Shown: positions 19,391-28,398, counted from the first letter of the stretch. The stretch: DNA of 38,112 bases from Clostridia bacterium (GCA_026418695.1 JAOAAU010000054.1:1-38112); one strand, 5' to 3'. Numbers and translations are program-made. The notes: a model not told the origin generated them from the sequence alone.

Positions 19391-19510
19391 AGTTATATGA
19401 TTAATGCTGCCGCTGCTTCCGGTATACCTTTTATGACTAAGTAAAAAGCACCGCGAGACTATACTGAAATCTCCACTTTGGAAACAGAAACAACAAGAAC
19501 CCCTAATTCA

Positions 19511-19747
19511 TTAACCTGCACTCACAGAACAAATAAAATACCTCTTTCCATTAATGATCATTCTGTGATTTCTTTTATTCAATTCGGTGAGGGACAGCAC
19601 CTTCTGTTTCCTGTCGGAAACGTCAAACACCTCGATTTTTGTGCCTTCACCGACAACCTTGTTAAAAAACAAATCGGACTTTTCACTCTTAAAGCAACGC
19701 TTGCCAATCAAAACATTCCGTACAGGCGTCACCTTTAAAACCATCAT
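19511..19747 (-). CDS. hypothetical small protein (79 aa)
   Basis: A GGGTGG SD lies 5 nt before ATGATGG. The ORF is directly downstream of the YkuK-like gene on the same strand. Confidence 0.4.
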   Translation of the reverse strand: MMVLKVTPVRNVLIGKRCFKSEKSDLFFNKVVGEGTKIEVFDVSDRKQKVLSLTELNKRNHRMIINGKRYFICSVSAG

Positions 19748-19760
19748 AATTACCACCCTT

Positions 19761-20276
19761 TCAACTTACTTTCATGTCTTTGCTGTACCTGTTTGCATAG
19801 CTGCTGGCAACGAAGGAATCCGGCTTGATCTTTGCATCGATTCCTATGCCTTCAAAATATCCTGCCATTTCCCTGATCAATGTTCTGGTTTCGCCCTTGG
19901 TTCCTACATCGATATGGGCTTCCAGCTTGCAATCAAAGTTCTTGTAATGCTGAGTAAACCCATATAAAGCGTCTATAATTCCTTCGTTTAGTGCGTGGGC
20001 TACTTCATATGTAATTAAAGTCTCTTTTGCAATTTTCTCCTTCAGGTTTTTGTATCTTTTATTCTCAACTCTTTTGCTGATACAGCACCAAGCACCCTGG
20101 CCGATCCTATGGACATGGATTCCTGTGGCAAAGCAGGTATACCTGCCTTTTACCTGGGAATCCGTTCCGACTGCGATACGATATCTGCAATCCGGATTCG
20201 CTTTAATAAAGTATTTGATGCTTGCTATCACATCTATAAAGCTCATATTCTTTTGTGTTGAATTAAAAAATTTCAT
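19761..20276 (-). CDS. YkuK-like RNase-H-fold protein (DUF458)
   Basis: 171 aa with RYRIAVGTDSQ and later acidic residues consistent with DUF458/YkuK. Confidence 0.55.
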   Translation of the reverse strand: MKFFNSTQKNMSFIDVIASIKYFIKANPDCRYRIAVGTDSQVKGRYTCFATGIHVHRIGQGAWCCISKRVENKRYKNLKEKIAKETLITYEVAHALNEGIIDALYGFTQHYKNFDCKLEAHIDVGTKGETRTLIREMAGYFEGIGIDAKIKPDSFVASSYANRYSKDMKVS

Positions 20277-20436
20277 ATTCTCACCGTCTTTCCAATATTC
20301 TCTGGAAAATTGTCAGAAGCGAGGAGAACAAGGCGCAAAGTGCAGGGAGACACGGAGTTTATACATGATAAATGAGTATTGAGCAAACTTTGCAACGCAG
20401 TAATCCGACGCTTATCACAATTTTCAAAACAAAAAG

Positions 20437-20483
20437 AGAGCAGTTAAATCCATTCACAGACTTAACCGCTCTCTTGATAAATG
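20437..20483 (-). terminator. rho-independent terminator of small-gene module 1
   Basis: The stem is AAGAGAGCGGTTAA-loop-TTAACTGCTCTCTT. It is followed by TTTTTGTTTTG on the minus strand. Confidence 0.6.
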
Positions 20484-20501
20484 CTTTTTTTAGTAATGCC
20501 C

Positions 20502-20651
20502 TTATAAAACACCGTCAGGGCACAATCGTTTTTCGCATTTAAGCAACAGAGGATCAAGCCAATGTAACCGTAAATCTATGATACTTGGTTTATGTGACAA
20601 TCCGTTCGCTATATTCATTTGTTCAAGCCAACCATTTCTAAGTAGGTACAT
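20502..20651 (-). CDS. small ORF, module 1 (49 aa: MYLLRNGWLEQMNIANGLSHKPSIIDLRLHWLDPLLLKCEKRLCPDGVL)
   Basis: An AAGGGAGG SD lies 7 nt before the ATG. A TTGACG-17-TAAAAT promoter lies about 90 nt upstream, and the terminator follows about 20 nt after the stop. The ORF is below the 60 aa cutoff of the ORF track. Confidence 0.5.
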   Translation of the reverse strand: MYLLRNGWLEQMNIANGLSHKPSIIDLRLHWLDPLLLKCEKRLCPDGVL

Positions 20652-20745
20652 TGTTAATCCTCCCTTCTGATTGTTCAAATCCTAACTTTAAAACTTTACC
20701 ATTGCTGCTTTACTCAGCAACACTTTTCAAGGCATAGTGATTTAA

Positions 20746-20774
20746 ATTTTACAACCTGCAAGACCCTTCGTCAA
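20746..20774 (-). promoter_or_regulatory. sigma-A-type promoter TTGACG-N17-TAAAAT driving module 1
   Basis: Read directly on the minus strand. The -35 element overlaps the stop codon of the upstream 41-aa ORF. Confidence 0.55.
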
Positions 20775-20896
20775 GCATTTTCCTTTTCTGTAATATTATT
20801 GTAATAATTCAACTTGTAACTAGTTTCTTGCTTTTCAATCAGTTTCATTGTGGCATAAGCCATAATAATCAATACCACTTGCAATACCATTTCCAT
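20771..20896 (-). CDS. possible small hydrophobic peptide (41 aa: MEMVLQVVLIIMAYATMKLIEKQETSYKLNYYNNITEKENA)
   Basis: A GAAGGTG SD precedes the ORF, which lies between terminator 2 and promoter 1. No promoter of its own was seen. Confidence 0.25.
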   Translation of the reverse strand: MEMVLQVVLIIMAYATMKLIEKQETSYKLNYYNNITEKENA

Positions 20897-20914
20897 CACC
20901 TTCACTTCAATACT

Positions 20915-20966
20915 TCAAAAAACAATAAAGCGGTTAAGCCATGGATATACTCTGACTTAACCGCTC
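20915..20966 (-). terminator. rho-independent terminator of small-gene module 2 and/or the ABC operon
   Basis: A perfect 10-bp stem AGCGGTTAAG/CTTAACCGCT, followed on the minus strand by TTTATTGTTTTTTG. It shares a GAGCGGTTAAGTC core with terminator 1. Confidence 0.6.
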
Positions 20967-20990
20967 GTTATTCAACCTGTAACAAGTACG

Positions 20991-21116
20991 CTAAATTTCC
21001 GTATATCGCCTGAATAGAGGATTACGCCAGTATGAGCAGGAATCTGCCGGACAATTGGATGCATATCCAAGGTCGTTATTTATTTTTTCAAAAATAGATG
21101 CAGCACGTCTGTTCAC
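20991..21116 (-). CDS. small ORF, module 2 (41 aa, GTG start: (M)NRRAASIFEKINNDLGYASNCPADSCSYWRNPLFRRYTEI)
   Basis: A GGAAGGAGG SD lies 6 nt before the GTG. It shares the TGGC.T.ATCCTCT.TT nucleotide block, encoding W-x-(D/N)-P-L, with module 1. It is flanked by promoter 2 and terminator 2. Confidence 0.4.
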   Translation of the reverse strand: MNRRAASIFEKINNDLGYASNCPADSCSYWRNPLFRRYTEI

Positions 21117-21152
21117 TGTAATCCTCCTTCCAATTTTTGTTTATTTCACTAG

Positions 21153-21183
21153 AATTCTACCGTATGGACACCGCCGGTGTCAA
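21153..21183 (-). promoter_or_regulatory. promoter TTGACA-N17-TAGAAT with an embedded 15-bp perfect palindrome GACACCGGCGGTGTC in the spacer
   Basis: Read directly on the minus strand. A palindrome between -35 and -10 is a classic repressor-operator position. Confidence 0.55.
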
Positions 21184-21230
21184 CAGAAGTATCCGTACTG
21201 TAATTTGATTGTAATGATTTGGTAATATTG

Positions 21231-22028
21231 TCATACTGCTATATCTCTTCTCTGGTATATCCAATATGCAAAAAAATTGCTGATGACAATGACAGCAAAC
21301 ATTATCCCGAGGTAAGTCGTACTAATGCTCTTATTGATTACGATTCCTACTGCATCCACATATTCATAAGGTGTAATATACTTAAGATTTTCGAACTTCC
21401 CTGAGACACTGGAAACAATATCTAAAAAATACATGACAAAAACCAGCCCAAGAGAGATTGAAACTATATTCCTGCTCTTTTTCATCCGGCTGGACAGGAG
21501 AAAAGCAATACTCGCAAATACAAGATGGAGTAAAAGCGGCGCTATTGAAAGGAGCAGGAATACGCCCATATCAAATTCAGCCTTCGTCATTTTAAATCCA
21601 ATATAGTTGGCAACGGTAATCAACAGATTAAAAATCAGCAGGTTTGTGAAGATGGCTAAAAGTTTTTGTGTGATAATTCCACTTCTCTTTACCGGGTTGG
21701 ATAATAAAAACTCGATTGTCTTTTCATTATGCTCTTTCGAGAGCATATTTCCGGCCAGCATCACTGCATAGATACTTCCAAACAGAATGATCATCAGATA
21801 TCCCTTTGTAGCATAATAGCCCATTGGGTCCGCCATACTGAGCTTATCCATTCCAAAAGCTTTAATCAAGGTCTGAGGGAGCTGCTTTATAAGCTGATCT
21901 ATGGCTGCCTGCTGCTTCGCCACATCCGGAAACATCATAAGGTTCAGAATGGTGAGCCCACCGATTACAAGCGTCCAGATAATCAATCCCTTCAGATTCC
22001 TTTGAATTTCTCGTCTGAATATCATCAT
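21231..22028 (-). CDS. ABC-2 type transporter permease
   Basis: Six predicted TM helices. A GAGGAGGGG SD precedes the gene, and its start overlaps the end of the upstream ATPase gene. Confidence 0.75.
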   Translation of the reverse strand: MMIFRREIQRNLKGLIIWTLVIGGLTILNLMMFPDVAKQQAAIDQLIKQLPQTLIKAFGMDKLSMADPMGYYATKGYLMIILFGSIYAVMLAGNMLSKEHNEKTIEFLLSNPVKRSGIITQKLLAIFTNLLIFNLLITVANYIGFKMTKAEFDMGVFLLLSIAPLLLHLVFASIAFLLSSRMKKSRNIVSISLGLVFVMYFLDIVSSVSGKFENLKYITPYEYVDAVGIVINKSISTTYLGIMFAVIVISNFFAYWIYQRRDIAV

Positions 22029-22040
22029 GCCTGCCCCTCC

Positions 22041-22916
22041 TCAATTCTCATAATAGTGCATAAAGACTTCGTCCAGGGAAGGTTCCTCGATCAGCAGGTC
22101 TCTGACCTGTACTCTGCTCAAGGTCTGAATCATATTACCGATATCTCCTCCATACAGGAGATGCACCGTATTTCCTTCCCACTCTTGCTTCTTTCCGCCT
22201 TCAATATTAAACCCGCTTTCCATTTGCCCCTCAAACGTCACGGTAACCTTCCTGAACTGGTTCTTGATCAGATTTTCTACGCTCTCAACCTTGATCAATT
22301 CACCCTCTTTAATAATCGCAACCCTGCTGCACATGCTTTGTACTTCCGAGAGAATATGGGAAGAAAAGAAAATCGCAACTCCTTTTTGGTTTTCCTCTTT
22401 CAAAAGGTCAAAGAAAACACTTCGTATCAATGGGTCCAGTCCTCCGGTTGGCTCATCCAGTATTAAAAGCTTTGGACTATGTATCAGCGCCTGAATGATG
22501 CCGACTTTCTTTTTATTCCCCAGGGATAAATCCTCAATTCTCTTGTTGAGGTTCAGATCCAGCCGCTCCGCCAGTTCTTTCATCTTCTTTGGGTTTTCAT
22601 TCCCGTAGAAAGCCTGAGAATACTGAAGAAGTTGAAAAACCCGCATGTCATCGTAGTAATTCACCTCCGAGGGCAGATACCCAATATCCTTGCGTATTTC
22701 CAGCGAGTTCTTCACAGCATTCTTACCAAAGATATAAGCTTTCCCGCCGGAGGGATAGATTAAATTCAGCAATATCCTTATCGTAGTACTTTTTCCTGCG
22801 CCATTTGGGCCTATGAAGCCAAATATTTCTCCTTCTTTTATATCAAACGTGATATTTTTAATCCCTCGATGCTTACCATAGTACTTTGTCAGATTCTGAA
22901 GCTCTATCACGGGCAT
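22041..22916 (-). CDS. ABC transporter ATP-binding protein
   Basis: Walker A GPNGAGKST, signature LSLGNKKK, Walker B LILDEPT. Start is set at MPVIEL, which has an AGGAGG SD. Confidence 0.85.
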   Translation of the reverse strand: MPVIELQNLTKYYGKHRGIKNITFDIKEGEIFGFIGPNGAGKSTTIRILLNLIYPSGGKAYIFGKNAVKNSLEIRKDIGYLPSEVNYYDDMRVFQLLQYSQAFYGNENPKKMKELAERLDLNLNKRIEDLSLGNKKKVGIIQALIHSPKLLILDEPTGGLDPLIRSVFFDLLKEENQKGVAIFFSSHILSEVQSMCSRVAIIKEGELIKVESVENLIKNQFRKVTVTFEGQMESGFNIEGGKKQEWEGNTVHLLYGGDIGNMIQTLSRVQVRDLLIEEPSLDEVFMHYYEN

Positions 22917-22933
22917 CCGATGATTCCTCCTAA

Positions 22934-22974
22934 ATAAAAAGTGCATCGAAACCATTCAAAGACGATTTGGATGC
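22934..22974 (-). terminator. possible terminator/attenuator hairpin immediately upstream of the ABC ATPase SD
   Basis: A 7-bp stem GTGCATC/GATGCAC with a large loop. On the minus strand it is followed by TTTTTATTT and then AGGAGG. The stem is weak. Confidence 0.25.
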
Positions 22975-23154
22975 ACAGGTATAATTCTATTATCTGTTGA
23001 TAAACTTTGCTTTATGTGATGCTTTGCTGTCCAATTTCATACAGTGGTTCGAACTGGAACACTTGAACTTCCCCTGGATGAATGGATATGTTTAGCTTTT
23101 GATTGCAGCAATTCACTAACTTTTGATTGAATTTGCATTTAATCGTTACGGCCT

Positions 23155-25506
23155 TTACGCTTTTATTTCCTTCCAAAAGTTGTTTAAAGCAGAGTTTAAG
23201 CTTTCAATGCCTTTTACCCCTTTTTGATGCTGCCAATGGGCGGGAAAAAGCCTTTGATAGAGAGAATCAGAAAACCTTTGATCAATTAAAAGGACAATCC
23301 CCCGGTCCGTTTCCGAGCGGATCACCCTTCCGGACGCCTGCAACACCTTGTTCATCCCCGGAAAAACGTAGGCATACTCATATCCAAGCCCGTTTTTCTT
23401 TCTGAAATATTCCATCATGATATTTCTTTCCAGGCAGATTTGAGGCAGTCCAACGCCTACGATAATAGCCCCCAGTAACCGGTCCCCTTTTAGATCAATC
23501 CCTTCGGAGAAAATCCCACCTAACACGGCAAATCCCACCAACGCTCCCTCTGCTTTCGATTTAAAGTTATCGAGAAAGGCTTCTCGTTCTTCCTCTGTCA
23601 TGATATTGGATTGCAGCAGCGTTTTTATTCCCGGATACAGTTCTTCAAATCTGAGGTTCACTTCATTCATGTATTTGTAAGACGGAAAGAAAGCCATATA
23701 GTTTCCCGGTTTCCGGTGAATTACTGCATGAATATACTTGGCAATTTCCGTATAGCTGTTTTCTCTTTCCTTATATTTGGTTGAAATCGTGTTAGATACC
23801 AGCAGGCATAGATTATCCCGCTCAAATGGCGAATTTAGCTGCATTTTGTAATCACAATCACTACCGCCTAGTATGTCTATATAATAGTCAATGGGTGTGA
23901 GGGTAGCCGAGAAAAAGATCGCGGCCTTTCCCCTTTTTAAAGCCTCTCCCAGTAAGAAGGACGGATCCAGACAGAATAGTTTGAGTTTTACACCGGATTG
24001 ATCCTTTTCGACGTAAGTAACATACCTTTCATCATACAACTCCGTCGTTTTGATAAACGCAAGAAGTTCAAAATAAAGGTTTAATAACTCCTCATAGCCT
24101 TCTGACTTATCACTTCCGGACAGCCAAGCCTCTGCCTCTTTCACCAGTTCTTTCAGTAATGGATATATTTCCTTCGGTTCCTCTTTGGACGAAGTATAAT
24201 TCTCCTCTCCACAACTCTTTTTCATTTCAAGCAGCAAGGAGTTTACGTTACTTAGTGCTTTAGAGAGCTTCGGCCTTTTTGATTTAAACACCTTCTTCAG
24301 TTGCAGGAACGGTCTCTTCTGAAGTTCCGCCGAAAACATTTCTCTCGACCGGTCCACCAGGTTGTGAGCTTCGTCGATTAAGAATATATAGTCCCCTGTA
24401 TTGAATTGAAAGAACCTTTTTAAATAGACCCTTGGATCAAAAACGTAGTTGTAGTCACAGATAACGCAATCGGACCATATCGCCAAGTCCAAAGAAAGCT
24501 CAAAGGGACATACCTGATACTTTTGAGCATATTTTTCTACAATCTCTCTTGTAAAAGACTGTTCATTGGTATAGATCTCCATAATCGCCTTGTCAACCCG
24601 GTCATAATGCCCTTTTGCATACTCGCAGTTCTCCGGATTGCAGACTGCATTTTCCTTGAAACATATCTTTTCTTTCGCTGTTAATATGATCGTTTTGAAG
24701 CTTAGTCCCTGCTCCCTCATTTTTTCAAAGGCTTCTTCCGCCACTTGCCTGGTAATGGTTTTTGCCGTCAGATAAAAAATCTTTGTCGCTTTTTCTTCTC
24801 CCATGGCCTTCACTGTAGGGAACAAGGTTGAAATAGTTTTCCCGATCCCGGTCGGGGCTTGTACAAACAGATTCTTCTCCTCTGAAATCGTTTTATAAAC
24901 GGCCACGGCCAATTCCCGCTGACCCGCACGATACTTCTCAAAAGGGAATTTCAGATCTTTAATTGAGCTGTTTCTCTGAACCTCCCAATCACGGGTGATC
25001 GTCGCCCAAACGAGATACCTGTCCATCAGCGCATAAAAAAACTCCTTGACCTCGTCAAAAGCAAAGTGTTTTCTGATCCGCTTGATCTCATCCGTATCGA
25101 TTTGGTAGTAGGTCAACTGAATGTCAATGTGAGTTAAAGCATTCTGCGCAGCATAAATATAGGCATAGCATTTAGCCTGTGCCCAATGCAAAGGATTATA
25201 GGATTCATCAATAAACTCTAATGGCATGGGAGTCGTTTTTATTTCATCGATCACTATGCTCGAGCCTTCCTGAATGACGCCGTCAATGCGGCCCTCGAGG
25301 GTCAATGAGAATCCCATATATTCAAAACAGTAAGTCAAAGGCACTTCGGCTTGGTAGCCTTCAATCCCTGACTTCTGAACCTTCTGATGTAATTTCGTTC
25401 CCTCCAGAGCTCTACTGCTGCTGATAAAACGATTGTCAATATCCCCTGAACGAAGAGTAAACTCCACCAGATTCCGTATAGATATTCTAATATCGCTTGT
25501 TGGCAT
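23155..25506 (-). CDS. XPD/DinG (Rad3)-family Fe-S DNA helicase with an additional N-terminal PD-(D/E)XK-nuclease-like domain
   Basis: Walker A APTGIGKT, an Fe-S Cys cluster (CFKENAVCNPENC...C), DEAH-like FLIDEAHNL, and C-terminal helicase motifs. The N-terminal ~200 aa has a VIDEIKT (D-E-x-K-like) motif. Confidence 0.7.
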   Translation of the reverse strand: MPTSDIRISIRNLVEFTLRSGDIDNRFISSSRALEGTKLHQKVQKSGIEGYQAEVPLTYCFEYMGFSLTLEGRIDGVIQEGSSIVIDEIKTTPMPLEFIDESYNPLHWAQAKCYAYIYAAQNALTHIDIQLTYYQIDTDEIKRIRKHFAFDEVKEFFYALMDRYLVWATITRDWEVQRNSSIKDLKFPFEKYRAGQRELAVAVYKTISEEKNLFVQAPTGIGKTISTLFPTVKAMGEEKATKIFYLTAKTITRQVAEEAFEKMREQGLSFKTIILTAKEKICFKENAVCNPENCEYAKGHYDRVDKAIMEIYTNEQSFTREIVEKYAQKYQVCPFELSLDLAIWSDCVICDYNYVFDPRVYLKRFFQFNTGDYIFLIDEAHNLVDRSREMFSAELQKRPFLQLKKVFKSKRPKLSKALSNVNSLLLEMKKSCGEENYTSSKEEPKEIYPLLKELVKEAEAWLSGSDKSEGYEELLNLYFELLAFIKTTELYDERYVTYVEKDQSGVKLKLFCLDPSFLLGEALKRGKAAIFFSATLTPIDYYIDILGGSDCDYKMQLNSPFERDNLCLLVSNTISTKYKERENSYTEIAKYIHAVIHRKPGNYMAFFPSYKYMNEVNLRFEELYPGIKTLLQSNIMTEEEREAFLDNFKSKAEGALVGFAVLGGIFSEGIDLKGDRLLGAIIVGVGLPQICLERNIMMEYFRKKNGLGYEYAYVFPGMNKVLQASGRVIRSETDRGIVLLIDQRFSDSLYQRLFPAHWQHQKGVKGIESLNSALNNFWKEIKA

Positions 25507-26239
25507 TTATTTTATCTTTTCCACCATTCCCCTGAAATCAAAAAATTTTAAACTTTTACAGGTATCACAAACATACGTTCGCATCTATATTATAAGCCCA
25601 TGGAGCTTTAGTGTAAAGGATAATCCCAGAGGACGGATTAAAAGAGAGATAAAAAAAGACTTTCCAGATTTCTCGAGAAAAATTAAGAAAGCACCCGGTT
25701 TCGGATGCTTTCTTTAATATTATACTCTGCATTTCTCCCCTTGAGATGCAGAGTAAAAAACTTATTCAACTTTATAGTTATATTATACTCCTGATGCCAT
25801 ATTTTATCAATGCTTTTGCAGAATAAAAGCCATACTATGCAACAGGGGAGAGTCGTTCCATACTATGGCTTCACTTCTGGGGAGAAGTAAACAGATATGT
25901 TTATTATAGTAAATGTTATTCTACATTTTTCTAGAGAATCCTTCTTTTTCACAAAAAATTTTTAAGAAATTTCATTCATAAGGTAAAAATTTCTTCCCGT
26001 CCCTGCAAAATGAGCTTTTTTATATAGGAAAATTTTATAAGCTGCGATACTTATTGACGAAACTATAAATAACAACAATTAAGGCTAGTGAAAACAAACT
26101 ATTAAGCCAATGAATACATTCCTTTTTGTCACACCCCTTCCACTTTAAAGGAATCATTCAACGCAATGGTCTCATCAACAAGTTCAATGGTTTGTTAATA
26201 GCCTTGAATTTGTTTGGGGACTCAAGTAATAGAATCCCA

Positions 26240-26653
26240 TCAACGAAAAACCTTTCTAATTCCCATTTGAATCGCACGATCATACAGCTCCTCGCTGAAC
26301 CCAGGATTATTAGAAACAAACTGATTGCGGATTTCATGGAATTTTCCCTCTGCTTTTTTTATGGCTTCAGGATCCTGGCGCTGCCTCGCAGCATTGCAAT
26401 CAAATAAAGCATCTGCCACATCATAGTTTTTATCAAGCAAATTATATGCTTTTGATATCCATCCCGAAACAACTCCGCGTGACTCATTCGGAAAGACTCC
26501 ATACGGATCAATAAGCTTTTCTTCTGATACCGGTGTCCAACTGACCTGCTCACGGTTATAAAAAACAATCTTGCAAATACCATCTGCCAAACCATCGGCT
26601 TTCGCTTCAGCGATAATCCTTTCTCTATAACTCAGCTCATCTTCACGCAACAT
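26240..26653 (-). CDS. hypothetical protein (137 aa)
   Basis: Start is set at MLREDEL, which has a GGGAGGG SD at 7 nt spacing. No family was recognised. Confidence 0.45.
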   Translation of the reverse strand: MLREDELSYRERIIAEAKADGLADGICKIVFYNREQVSWTPVSEEKLIDPYGVFPNESRGVVSGWISKAYNLLDKNYDVADALFDCNAARQRQDPEAIKKAEGKFHEIRNQFVSNNPGFSEELYDRAIQMGIRKVFR

Positions 26654-26900
26654 CAATATCCCTCCCGAATGGTACATCCTAAAGTAATGATTCCTTCACC
26701 CTAAACAACAGAAGATTCAAATTAATTCAAACCTGGTTTTTTTGATTTGTAAAAATTATATACAACTTTTCTAACTCATACAATAATTAACAAACTGTAA
26801 GCCTGGATATCCCCGGCTGATTCCGGAAGCTGAAATGCTTTAAATCAGCATTATGCTTGTTTTCGTAAGCAGATAGATACTTTATTCTTGTTATTTTAAG

Positions 26901-26945
26901 CAAAAAACCCTCTTTCCAGAAGTACTTCCGAAGAGAGGGTTTTGG
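26901..26945 (-). terminator. rho-independent terminator of ahcY (A tract on the other side, so possibly bidirectional)
   Basis: The stem is CCCTCTTTCC...GAAGAGAGGG. It is followed by TTTTTTGCTT on the minus strand. Confidence 0.65.
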
Positions 26946-26994
26946 TAATATATTAATTTTTTTCAAATACAACTGCCTCTTGCCGAAACACCGA

Positions 26995-28398
26995 TTAATA
27001 TTTGTAATGATCCGGCTTGTATGGTCCTTCTACGGGAACCCCAATATAATCAGCCTGTTCTTTGGTCAGCTTGGTAAGCTTGGCGCCAATCTTTTCGAGG
27101 TGGAGTCTTGCAACTTCTTCATCCAGGTGCTTCGGTAGAATATAAACTTTTGGTTCATATTTATCCTTGTTCTTCCACAGATCAATCTGTGCAAGAGTTT
27201 GGTTTGAGAAGCTGTTGGACATTACAAAGGATGGGTGCCCGGTAGCACAGCCAAGGTTTACAAGTCTTCCTTCCGCCAGGATAAATATTTCATGCCCTTC
27301 CGGGAAGATATATTTATCTACCTGAGGCTTGATGTTCACTTTCTTGATCCCTGGATAATTATTCAGCTTGGACATCTGAATTTCATTATCGAAGTGGCCG
27401 ATGTTGCAAACAATGGCCTGGTCCTTCATTTTTTTCATATGATCAATTGTAATGATATCTTTGTTTCCTGTGGTTGTTACATAGATATCACCAATGCCCA
27501 GAGTATCTTCAACAGTTTTCACTTCATACCCTGCCATGGCTGCCTGTAACGCACAGATCGGGTCAACTTCAGTTACAATAACTCTTGCTCCGAGACCCTG
27601 CAAGGATTGTGCTGAACCTTTACCTACATCGCCGTAGCCACATACAACAGCAACTTTTCCTGCGATCATGACATCGGTTGCTCTCTTTATTCCGTCTACC
27701 AAGGACTCTCTGCAGCCATAGAGGTTGTCAAATTTTGACTTGGTAACAGAGTCGTTAACATTGATGGCAGGAACGAGAAGTTCTCCTCTTTCCACCATCT
27801 GATAAAGTCTGTGAACCCCTGTGGTAGTTTCTTCGGAAACACCTTTCCATTCTTTCACTACCTTGTGCCATCTTTGACTGTCCTTTTTGAGACTTTCCTT
27901 CAGCAGCGCATTGATGATCTGAAGTTCATGGTTATCTGTAGGTTCATCCAGAATGGATGCATCGTCTTCTGCTTTATATCCCCTGTGAATGAGCAGCGTA
28001 GCATCCCCGCCGTCATCAACAATCAACTGTGGCCCAAGTCCGCCCGGGAATGTAAGCATCTGCTCTGTGCACCACCAGTATTCTTCAAGGGTTTCACCCT
28101 TCCATGCGAATACCGGAACACCTGCTTTTGCGATTGCAGCAGCTGCATGATCCTGTGTTGAGAATATATTACAGCTAGCCCATCTTACATTGGCACCAAG
28201 AGCTACCAGTGTTTCAATCAGGACTGCCGTTTGTATGGTCATATGCAGTGAACCGGAAATTCTAACGCCTTTTAACGGCTGTTCCTTTGCATACTTTTCT
28301 CTGATCGCCATAAGACCCGGCATTTCTTTTTCTGCAATTTCGATTTCTTTTCTTCCCCATTCCCACAAGCTCAAATCCGCAATTTTGTAATCTGACAT
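26995..28398 (-). CDS. ahcY: adenosylhomocysteinase
   Basis: 467 aa with an NAD-binding GYGDVGKG motif and conserved AhcY N-terminal and C-terminal (YKY) ends. Confidence 0.9.
   Translation of the reverse strand: MSDYKIADLSLWEWGRKEIEIAEKEMPGLMAIREKYAKEQPLKGVRISGSLHMTIQTAVLIETLVALGANVRWASCNIFSTQDHAAAAIAKAGVPVFAWKGETLEEYWWCTEQMLTFPGGLGPQLIVDDGGDATLLIHRGYKAEDDASILDEPTDNHELQIINALLKESLKKDSQRWHKVVKEWKGVSEETTTGVHRLYQMVERGELLVPAINVNDSVTKSKFDNLYGCRESLVDGIKRATDVMIAGKVAVVCGYGDVGKGSAQSLQGLGARVIVTEVDPICALQAAMAGYEVKTVEDTLGIGDIYVTTTGNKDIITIDHMKKMKDQAIVCNIGHFDNEIQMSKLNNYPGIKKVNIKPQVDKYIFPEGHEIFILAEGRLVNLGCATGHPSFVMSNSFSNQTLAQIDLWKNKDKYEPKVYILPKHLDEEVARLHLEKIGAKLTKLTKEQADYIGVPVEGPYKPDHYKY

Noticed and set aside
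19283-19400. Intact tRNA gene
   Set aside because: Canonical D-arm and T-loop sequences are present. Acceptor ends do not pair and the anticodon arm overlaps the T stem. Therefore it is reported as degenerate tRNA-like remnants instead.
20828-21013. 61-aa plus-strand His-rich ORF in the small-gene gap
   Set aside because: It runs across the module-2 terminator hairpin on the opposite strand and has no SD or promoter. The minus-strand modules explain the region better.
25433-25717. 94-aa plus-strand ORF in the noncoding region upstream of the helicase
   Set aside because: It overlaps the helicase 5' end on the other strand, is low-complexity and K/I-rich, and has no SD.
26787-26972. 61-aa minus-strand ORF downstream of ahcY
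   Set aside because: It spans the ahcY terminator hairpin and has no SD.
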